This document shows, one piece after another, positions 57,454 through 64,000 of a stretch of 64,000 nucleotides of DNA. The notes beneath the pieces are model-generated. The model was not told the DNA's origin. It saw nothing but the letters and a program-made list of their open reading frames with translations, and made no database searches. The position numbers and the translations under genes were made by a program. Where the stretch lies: positions 257,006 to 321,005 of the forward strand of contig DAOORK010000001.1 of the NCBI GenBank assembly GCA_035389185.1, given 5' to 3'. Numbering within the stretch: position 1 is the stretch's first letter; each line of letters begins with the position of its first letter. This stretch comes from Candidatus Woesebacteria bacterium. Its GTDB lineage: Bacteria > Patescibacteriota > Microgenomatia > UBA1400 > MFAQ01.

Positions 57454-58731
57454 TTATATACGTTTGGGAGTAAATAATCTCTTCGAAAATAAATAAATCA
57501 TGAGTGAAACAAAAAGAGTCAGTTGTACAAAAAAGTTTGCCTGAACTGCGGCTGAAAAAGAAGTCCTAAAAACAACGATCAATAATGGTTGAATAATAGT
57601 TGAAATTAAAAGAAATATATTGGCCTGGGGACGACCAATGGCCATGAGATAACTGATAATAAATTGACTAAAGGCCAAAAAGGCCATAGAAAAAGCGAAG
57701 TATGAAAGTAGGGGTGCGGCTTCGAGGTAGGCTGTACCGGAAAGTATACGGATAATTAATGTGGGGAAAAGACTAAACACACCGGCACCAATAACTCCGA
57801 ACAACAAAATGACCGCTCCGAGTTTGAGAAAAATTGAACTGGTATCGGTTTTTTGGGCGTGTCGATGGGCGGCTAGCGGAAGAACCAAGGCACCAAGGGG
57901 TGTAAGCCCGTAGAGAATCATTCTGCCCAGAATGGAGAGTGAAGAATATAAACCGGAGGTATGTGAGTCAAAAAATGCTCTAACTAAAAGAACGTCTGTC
58001 GAGATTAACGAGGCCGTGCCCAAGGCATAGATAAAGCTATACCCCGTAAAACCGGCGAGATTAAATTTTATTTTCCTTTTGACTGTGATCTGGGGTAGAA
58101 CACTGCGTCGAATAGAGAAAAAGAGAATTACTGTCGTAACCGCTCCCCCAAGGAGCTGACCAAGAACGGCTCCGGTGGCCCCAAAACCCATCTTAATAAA
58201 GATAATGGCAATAAGAATGGTGATAAGGACTCCGGAAAATCCAACTATGGTTTGATAAACAAATTTTTGGAAAGCAATGATGTATGAATTAACAATTGTT
58301 TGGAAAAGGGTAATAAACATACTAATCCCCAGGATAAGGAAAGCCATGGAGTTTGCCTTAAATATTTCCGCTAATGGACCAGAAAAGACCACCAACAAAA
58401 GACCAAGAACTAAGGTAATCGGACTGATGATTTTCAAAAGATAGTAGAAAAACTGGTTGATGGCGATACTATCCCCTTTTCCTTTAAACTCAGAGATAAA
58501 TTTGGTGACAACATTGGCGATTGTGCCGGTAGGAATACCCAAAATATAGATCAGACTTAAGTAGGAGAGAAACTCACCATATTCTGCCGGAGCCAACAGT
58601 CGAAGAAGAATTAAATGAAAGAGGTAACGAGAAAAACTAAGTATGAAGTTGCCAAAATAATAGAAGGCACTGGAACGTGCTGTGGGGGTGGAAAGAGCAT
58701 GAAGAATTCGCTTCATGAGTAAGTTTAGCAT
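57454..58731 (-). CDS. Wzx-like polysaccharide flippase (MOP/PST family), second copy. Start placed at ATG 58731 (MLNLLMKRIL) to avoid the overlap implied by the longer ORF-track call 57454..58944.
   Basis: About 425 aa, 12-14 TM; PST-like N-terminus YYFGNFILSFSRYLFHLILLRLLAPAEYGEF. Confidence 0.6.
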   Translation of the reverse strand: MLNLLMKRILHALSTPTARSSAFYYFGNFILSFSRYLFHLILLRLLAPAEYGEFLSYLSLIYILGIPTGTIANVVTKFISEFKGKGDSIAINQFFYYLLKIISPITLVLGLLLVVFSGPLAEIFKANSMAFLILGISMFITLFQTIVNSYIIAFQKFVYQTIVGFSGVLITILIAIIFIKMGFGATGAVLGQLLGGAVTTVILFFSIRRSVLPQITVKRKIKFNLAGFTGYSFIYALGTASLISTDVLLVRAFFDSHTSGLYSSLSILGRMILYGLTPLGALVLPLAAHRHAQKTDTSSIFLKLGAVILLFGVIGAGVFSLFPTLIIRILSGTAYLEAAPLLSYFAFSMAFLAFSQFIISYLMAIGRPQANIFLLISTIIQPLLIVVFRTSFSAAVQANFFVQLTLFVSLMIYLFSKRLFTPKRI

Positions 58732-58736
58732 GGAGG

Positions 58737-59855
58737 CTAAGCGACAAAATAGCCCCGAGTGAATAAGGAGATAGCGAAGATAGAAAAAATAATCGTCACC
58801 AAAAAATAGAGATAGCGAAGATATGGATGAGTTTTGTCTAGAGTAGAGGCTAGAAAACCAAACATGGGGAATAATACGAGAGCAATTTTTGGCAGACCAG
58901 CAAAGGTTCCTGTTAGAGTAGGTAACAAAAATGATAATAAACAATATAACCAGTAAGACCGTCTGATCTTTTTAAAGGAAAAAATAAGGAAATATATGAG
59001 TAACAAGCCAGAAAATAGTTCGAGCAAAACAGTAAAGAATAGTGGATCTGTATGATCCATGTGTAGGACCATAGTAAAATAGCGATAGAGAATTTGATGA
59101 AGAAGAATGAGCTTTTTCTCTACCAAAGACGGCAGTAAGGTAACAGCATTTCCGCTATGTAAGGAAAGAAATCTGATATAGGCTAGTAATCCAATAGGAG
59201 GAAGAGAAAGCCAAACAAGAGAAGGTTTCAAAATTTGTTTTATTTTGGTTCCGTTTGTCTGAAAATACTCAATAATGAGCGCCGGCCAAAGAAAAATGCC
59301 GACAAGACAGGTGGCAGAAGCGATCATGGCAAAGATGCCAGACAGAAAAAAATTATTTTTACGAACGAAGAAAAAAGTGAGGAGACTTAGTAATAAGAGT
59401 ATCGAGTGAGGATATATTGAACCAAAAATAAACGAGGTAGGAAAAAGAAAAATTAACAGTAAGGCGAATCGAGATATCTTTTCTTTGTAATCAAGAAGAA
59501 AGAGCTTGTAGAGAAGAAGGAGAGATAGAAAAAAAGCTAGATTACTGATAATGAGCCCGGTAATAAGAGGGTTGTGAACAAAGTCATTTAGGTTTCTAAC
59601 CAACCAAGGATATACCGGAAAATAGGCAGTTGTTAAACTCGTTTCTCCCACCGGAAAGTAATTTGTGGTTGCTTGATCGAGATAATGAAAACCATCGAAA
59701 TTCGCCCACATCTGCAAGAGGTTGTTACCAAGATGGTCGCTAAGCTTAGTAAAGCCCGGTCGAATTGAAAGAAAAAACATTGCAGGAATAGCAATAACCG
59801 ACACAAGTAGTCTCCAGGTAAAAAACCTTATGACAAAATCCTTAATTTTGAGCAT
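58737..59855 (-). CDS. Polytopic membrane protein, GT-C-like (mannosyltransferase-type first loop). Start revised to ATG 59855 (MLKIKDF).
   Basis: About 373 aa, about 10 TM; first extracytoplasmic loop WANFDGFHYLDQATTNYFP resembles D..HY motifs of GT-C mannosyltransferases (PIG-M/PimE-like). Confidence 0.35.
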   Translation of the reverse strand: MLKIKDFVIRFFTWRLLVSVIAIPAMFFLSIRPGFTKLSDHLGNNLLQMWANFDGFHYLDQATTNYFPVGETSLTTAYFPVYPWLVRNLNDFVHNPLITGLIISNLAFFLSLLLLYKLFLLDYKEKISRFALLLIFLFPTSFIFGSIYPHSILLLLSLLTFFFVRKNNFFLSGIFAMIASATCLVGIFLWPALIIEYFQTNGTKIKQILKPSLVWLSLPPIGLLAYIRFLSLHSGNAVTLLPSLVEKKLILLHQILYRYFTMVLHMDHTDPLFFTVLLELFSGLLLIYFLIFSFKKIRRSYWLYCLLSFLLPTLTGTFAGLPKIALVLFPMFGFLASTLDKTHPYLRYLYFLVTIIFSIFAISLFTRGYFVA

Positions 59856-60870
59856 CTTCTTTGACCTTTTGGTAGACAATTGAAGTGGCCTTGGCCGTTT
59901 TTGTCCAAGAAAAAGAGGTCGATTTTTCTTTGGCTTGAGTAATTTGCTCACTCTTGGCTTTTGGTGATAATGACAAAGCTTTTTTAATTGCTTTTTCGAT
60001 GGAAGACAGTTTCCGAGGATTAAAAACTATGGCTCCCTCGTGATAGATCTCAGGCAGACTGCTGACTTTGGAACTGGCAATCAAACAACCGGCAGTCATG
60101 GCCTCTAGCAAGGGCAAACCAAAACCTTCATAAAGTGATGGTTGAACGTATAAACTGGCTAAACGATATAAAGCATTGAGATCTTCTGTCGGTACAAATC
60201 CGGGAAGAATAAGGTGTTTGTATACTTTGAGACGTACCATGTCAATTAATTCGGGGTGAACAGGCTCTTTGACTTCTTGGAGCATTCCTTTGCCGACAAT
60301 AACCAAGGGGATACCCAGACGATCGGTGACTTCTGCGAGAGAAGGAAGATTTTTGTTGGGATTAGGACCTCCGGCCACGGTAAGAATAAATTTTTTGGGT
60401 AAGTGGTATTTATTTCTTACTTCTTCCAGTTTTTCAGGAGAAATATTTTTTTGGAATTCGGAATCGATAGCTAACGGGATGACGGTGATTTTTTCGGGAG
60501 GAAGCCGAAAAAGTTTGATTAAATCATTTTTGGAATTTTCCGAGTCGGTGATGATAGCTGACACCGACTGAAGAGCTAACCACTGAAGGGTTAAGTTAAA
60601 TATTCCTTTGGCACCTTTTGGATAACGGCTGGAAAGCACGAGAGGGGTAAGGTCGTGGACAGTGACAATGGTTGGGTTTTTCTTTTTGATAGGAAGCGTA
60701 TGGTAAAAAAGATCAAAAAAAGGATAGTGAATGATATCTGGATTCTTATCGGTGAGGATAATACTGGGAGATTTTTCCAGAGCTTTTGCCAGATTATCGG
60801 CATAAAAACCAACTCCCCTACCTTGGGAATGGGTACCGCTATCTAAAAAAACTTTGATTTTATTGGCCAT
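59842..60870 (-). CDS. Glycosyltransferase family 4
   Basis: 342 aa; EGFGLPLLEAMTAGCLIASS GT4 motif. Confidence 0.7.
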   Translation of the reverse strand: MANKIKVFLDSGTHSQGRGVGFYADNLAKALEKSPSIILTDKNPDIIHYPFFDLFYHTLPIKKKNPTIVTVHDLTPLVLSSRYPKGAKGIFNLTLQWLALQSVSAIITDSENSKNDLIKLFRLPPEKITVIPLAIDSEFQKNISPEKLEEVRNKYHLPKKFILTVAGGPNPNKNLPSLAEVTDRLGIPLVIVGKGMLQEVKEPVHPELIDMVRLKVYKHLILPGFVPTEDLNALYRLASLYVQPSLYEGFGLPLLEAMTAGCLIASSKVSSLPEIYHEGAIVFNPRKLSSIEKAIKKALSLSPKAKSEQITQAKEKSTSFSWTKTAKATSIVYQKVKEDAQN

Positions 60871-61738
60871 AAGAATCTTTTTTGTATATCTCCCAAAGTT
60901 TCATATAGGAAAAGGCATGATGAAGCCCTGAGTAAAGCGAAAAGACGAAACCGGGGAAACCGTCCAGAAAACCACGTCGACGAAGATAGAGATTTAAAAA
61001 TGTTCCTGCAGGCTTAAAAAAGAGATACTTTAGCGTATTAAAGAGAGTTATTTTAATACCTTCCTGTTTATAAAACCCAGCTTGTAAACTAGAGTAACGA
61101 TTCTCGCGAAGCAAATAACGACTAAAGTCCGGAGTGGCGTAGTGATCAAGATCTGTTTTTAACCAACCGACAACGCCGTCGACCTTCATTTGTTCATGAA
61201 CATCTTTGGCCGGAAGAGTGGCTTTGCCTCTTTGGAAAAGACGAATAACAGGGTCTGGGTACTGACCACCATTCGTGAGATATCTAGTGAGGAAGAAGTT
61301 TTTTCGGGGAAGCCAGTAAGCTGAAGCAGGCTTGGAAAGCTCTTTTGGCTCCGGAAAAATTTTGATTATTTTATTGACGCTTCGGCGAAGAGGTGAGAGC
61401 CAGGAATCGAAACCGAAGTACTCCCCTTCCAAAATACCAATGATTTCCTTCTTCATGGCCGGGGTAACTCTTTCATCGGCATCGAGCTGGAGAATCCAAG
61501 TGGAACTGGCTTTGTTAATGGCTTTATTTTTTGTGACATGGAAAATCGGTTCGTGTGGCTCAACATAAACCTTGGCTCCTAATTTTTCGGCAATCTCTTT
61601 GGTTTTGTCAGTGCTCTGCTCATCAACGATAATCATCTCGTCAACCCATTCTTTGACAGACAAAAGGCATTCTTTTATATTTACTTCTTCATTGAGAGTG
61701 GAAAGTACAACCGAGATGGTTTGACGTTTATTTTTCAT
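60860..61738 (-). CDS. Glycosyltransferase family 2
   Basis: 292 aa; ISVVLSTLNEEVNI...MIIVDEQSTDKT...LQLDADE. Confidence 0.65.
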   Translation of the reverse strand: MKNKRQTISVVLSTLNEEVNIKECLLSVKEWVDEMIIVDEQSTDKTKEIAEKLGAKVYVEPHEPIFHVTKNKAINKASSTWILQLDADERVTPAMKKEIIGILEGEYFGFDSWLSPLRRSVNKIIKIFPEPKELSKPASAYWLPRKNFFLTRYLTNGGQYPDPVIRLFQRGKATLPAKDVHEQMKVDGVVGWLKTDLDHYATPDFSRYLLRENRYSSLQAGFYKQEGIKITLFNTLKYLFFKPAGTFLNLYLRRRGFLDGFPGFVFSLYSGLHHAFSYMKLWEIYKKDSYGQ

Positions 61739-63378
61739 TTGGTGGAGAGAAACTTGTACATTGGTTTTCCAACTGGATCATAGATAGTAAAGATGACTGC
61801 TTTGTCGTTAACTGGTTCATCAGCGGCAATTATAAGGGTATTGGGCATTTTTTTATCAACATTATCGTAGTTTATCTTGTGGAACTCATATTTGCCCATA
61901 TTTCTCACAGTTGAAAAACCAAAGTTGTCTCTGGGGGTCATCACCATTTCTTTTTGTAAAGTTTCCGGTGAATACTGAAGGAAGAAGGCCATCAGAATAT
62001 ATGGCTGATCGTAACGATCGGAAATCACAATATGATCATATTCGTCATAATGTGCCTTGGTATATGCGGCGATCTGATCAAAACCGTACTGCCAGGCAAA
62101 GGGTAACTCCTTAGGATAGTGGACATAGTACATGTGGAGATATCGGCCCAAGGAACACAAACCAAAAATAGAAATTAATACAACAAAGATCGGTTTAATA
62201 AGTTTTGGCCGAAGTTTTCCGAGGAAATCGAGAGCGAGAGATAGTCCTGCTGCAGTGATAATACTAAGGGGAATAACCATATTTTGAGCTCGAAGAGCAT
62301 GAGGAGACTGAAAGGTCATGGAGGCGGCAAGGGGTGCGACTAAAAACCAGAACAAGACAAATCTTTTCTCGGGAGAGTCCATCTTGAGAAACCAAAAAAT
62401 CCCCAGAAAAAATAGTGGAGCGAGGAAAAGAAAGGATTGCCCCATCTCCGGAACTTTGCTTCTGGCAATTTCATCTCCAGCCACAAACAAGAATCTAGGA
62501 GAAAAATGAGACAAATAGTTTTTGACAAAGCGCAGACTGTAAGAAAGGTATTGATTGTGAATTACCCTGACATACATACCAGACTCTTGAGGATGACCAC
62601 GACGAAGCTCAAGTGCACGCCAGTAAGGACCCGTGTCTGACAGTAGTGAAACACCAGAAAAACGAGCTTGACCTTCTTTGGAGAGAAGCTGGATGGCAAT
62701 TGGTGTCGTTATGATAATACCCACAAGAAGCGCCAAAAGAATAGTGACTCGCTTTTTTCCGGTAAAGCCGGAAAATAGTGGCCTTCGATAGAAGACAACA
62801 AGATACAAGGCCAAAAGAGGAGATACAATCCTGGCGGAGTGATAAGTGTAAAGACTGAGAGCGAGAGATATGACAAACAAAAAGTAATATTTGGGTTTTT
62901 CTAATCCTTTGAAGAATCCCCAGATACCGAGAAGAATAAAGAAGGTGGCCACGTTGACTTCCCATCCACCTCGAGAAAACTGTAAATGCCAGGGAGAAGC
63001 GGACAAAATCAAGGCAGAAAGATAAGGCAAGTATTTATTGTTGGTGAAGAGTTTTCTTACCAAAAGAAACACCAATAGAACCGAACCGAGACCGAGGATT
63101 GCTGAAGGCAAACGTACCGACCAGATATTTAAACCGAAGAGCTTTACAAAAGGAAGGACCAGATAGAAGTATACCGGCAGTTTGTAATCATCAAAAGATC
63201 TAAAAACGACCGGCCAAGAGACTCCATGTTCATCCTTACCTGTTTGGACCAAAGACCAGGCGTTGTAGCCAATGGCGGCTTCGTCTGCATTGAGACCGGC
63301 GGGATATTTATCCAAAGCAACAACTCTCAAAACGGCGGCAAGTAGAAGAATGATAGCCAGAGGCAAGTATTTTTTCAT
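61735..63378 (-). CDS. GT-C superfamily membrane glycosyltransferase (PMT_2/ArnT-like, GT39/GT83-type)
   Basis: 547 aa; first loop ALDKYPAGLNADEAAIGYNAWSL (classic ArnT/PMT_2 DE motif), about 12 TM, C-terminal soluble domain. Confidence 0.55.
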   Translation of the reverse strand: MKKYLPLAIILLLAAVLRVVALDKYPAGLNADEAAIGYNAWSLVQTGKDEHGVSWPVVFRSFDDYKLPVYFYLVLPFVKLFGLNIWSVRLPSAILGLGSVLLVFLLVRKLFTNNKYLPYLSALILSASPWHLQFSRGGWEVNVATFFILLGIWGFFKGLEKPKYYFLFVISLALSLYTYHSARIVSPLLALYLVVFYRRPLFSGFTGKKRVTILLALLVGIIITTPIAIQLLSKEGQARFSGVSLLSDTGPYWRALELRRGHPQESGMYVRVIHNQYLSYSLRFVKNYLSHFSPRFLFVAGDEIARSKVPEMGQSFLFLAPLFFLGIFWFLKMDSPEKRFVLFWFLVAPLAASMTFQSPHALRAQNMVIPLSIITAAGLSLALDFLGKLRPKLIKPIFVVLISIFGLCSLGRYLHMYYVHYPKELPFAWQYGFDQIAAYTKAHYDEYDHIVISDRYDQPYILMAFFLQYSPETLQKEMVMTPRDNFGFSTVRNMGKYEFHKINYDNVDKKMPNTLIIAADEPVNDKAVIFTIYDPVGKPMYKFLSTK

Positions 63379-64000
63379 TTACGGTTTGGTTTTTACAATC
63401 CGAAAGATAATTTTATCGTCTGGGGTGTTGATCTGCTTGAAGAGGGCGACATTTTCTCCGGTAATATCAAATGACCGATCAATATTGCCTTCCGAACCAA
63501 CCAAGAGAGTGTCTTTGAGATGAGTAAGTTCATCATTTCCAAATTGATGAAACTCTACGTTACCAACATGTCCAACTCTACCAACATCCAAGCCACCATC
63601 GATGAAATCAATGTTTTTTTGGTATGTTGAGGGGTCATAGCCGGTATAGAAAACATAGTATATGTACGGCTGACCAAGAACATCGGTGAAAATGACTCTT
63701 TGGGTGGGATTTTCCTTGATTATCTCAACCGCTTGTTTGTAACCGTAGTTAAATTCCTTGGCGAATACTGCTTGTGAGTGAAGGAAATAGATATCAAAAA
63801 CATAAACAGAAACAATAAAATAGAGAAGAAAAACTGGGGCAATAAACCACTTAATCTTTTGGATACCATAGTACATACCGATTCCAGAAATAATAGATAA
63901 GGGAATAACCATAAAAAGGGCTCTGTAGGTTGAGAACTCGGCTAACGTTAGGGAGGCAGGAATTGGGGCAATCAGCAACAGACCGAGGATAACTATTGTT
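63379..64000 (-). CDS. C-terminal part of another PMT_2/ArnT-like GT-C glycosyltransferase; gene continues beyond the window end
   Basis: The open frame continues through 64000 with TM-like sequence (TIVILGLLLIAPIP...). C-terminal domain GQPYIYYVFYTGYDPSTYQKNI is paralogous to DQPYILMAFFLQYSPETLQKEM of the adjacent 61735..63378 protein. Confidence 0.45.
   Translation of the reverse strand, partial: TIVILGLLLIAPIPASLTLAEFSTYRALFMVIPLSIISGIGMYYGIQKIKWFIAPVFLLYFIVSVYVFDIYFLHSQAVFAKEFNYGYKQAVEIIKENPTQRVIFTDVLGQPYIYYVFYTGYDPSTYQKNIDFIDGGLDVGRVGHVGNVEFHQFGNDELTHLKDTLLVGSEGNIDRSFDITGENVALFKQINTPDDKIIFRIVKTKP

Noticed and set aside
1-64000. Looked for CRISPR arrays, insertion sequences, integrases, transposases and rRNA/tRNA genes
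   Set aside because: None seen. No arrays of regularly spaced repeats and no recombinase-like ORFs. Intergenic space is almost nil apart from four short regions.
1-64000. Alternative genetic code (CPR codes 4/25 with UGA reassigned)
   Set aside because: All recognisable genes are intact and full-length with standard stop codons including TGA (e.g. the ATGA overlaps at 23506 and 15454), so the standard code 11 fits.

Overview
The window is a gene-dense, almost entirely minus-strand region with two parts. Positions 1-9172 hold a compact division/cell-wall (dcw) cluster in the order mraZ-rsmH-ftsL-ftsI-dgkA-mraY-ftsW-murG-ftsQ-ftsA-ftsZ (ftsZ truncated at the window start). It has no mur ligase, murB or ddl genes, and it carries a DgkA-family lipid kinase gene between ftsI and mraY. 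Upstream of mraZ there is a putative promoter, MraZ-box-like direct repeats and a terminator for the neighbouring lipoprotein gene. After a lipoprotein gene and a short recO, positions about 10.7 kb to 64 kb are one very large glycan biosynthesis locus, more than 53 kb long and continuing past the window end. It contains:
- a PglC-type initiating phosphoglycosyltransferase and a DUF4012-like protein
- at least 8 GT4, 9 GT2 (two of them DPM1/GtrB-like polyprenol-phosphate sugar synthases) and one GT9-like glycosyltransferase
- about 10 large polytopic membrane proteins, several of them PMT_2/ArnT-like GT-C enzymes and one YfhO-like
- two Wzx-like flippases and one Wzy/WaaL-like protein
- a GDP-mannose to GDP-6-deoxyhexose pathway (manC, gmd, rmd-like)
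- two GalE-type epimerases, four SAM methyltransferases, a membrane-anchored hexapeptide acetyltransferase and a B12-binding radical-SAM protein

The most unusual element is a pair of fusion proteins: a KdsD-like arabinose-5-phosphate isomerase SIS domain fused to a Cof-type HAD phosphatase, and a LicC/RmlA-like nucleotidyltransferase fused to an APH/choline-kinase-fold kinase. These sit inside a lower-GC (~30-35%) island at about 36.6-54.2 kb. I interpret them as a candidate undescribed nucleotide-activated sugar pathway, possibly NDP-D-arabinose. The combination of DPM1-like synthases with many GT-C paralogues points to a large extracytoplasmic glycosylation system like those seen in CPR/Patescibacteria or Gram-positive-like genomes; the taxonomic guess is weak. 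No rRNA, tRNA, CRISPR or obvious mobile elements were found.
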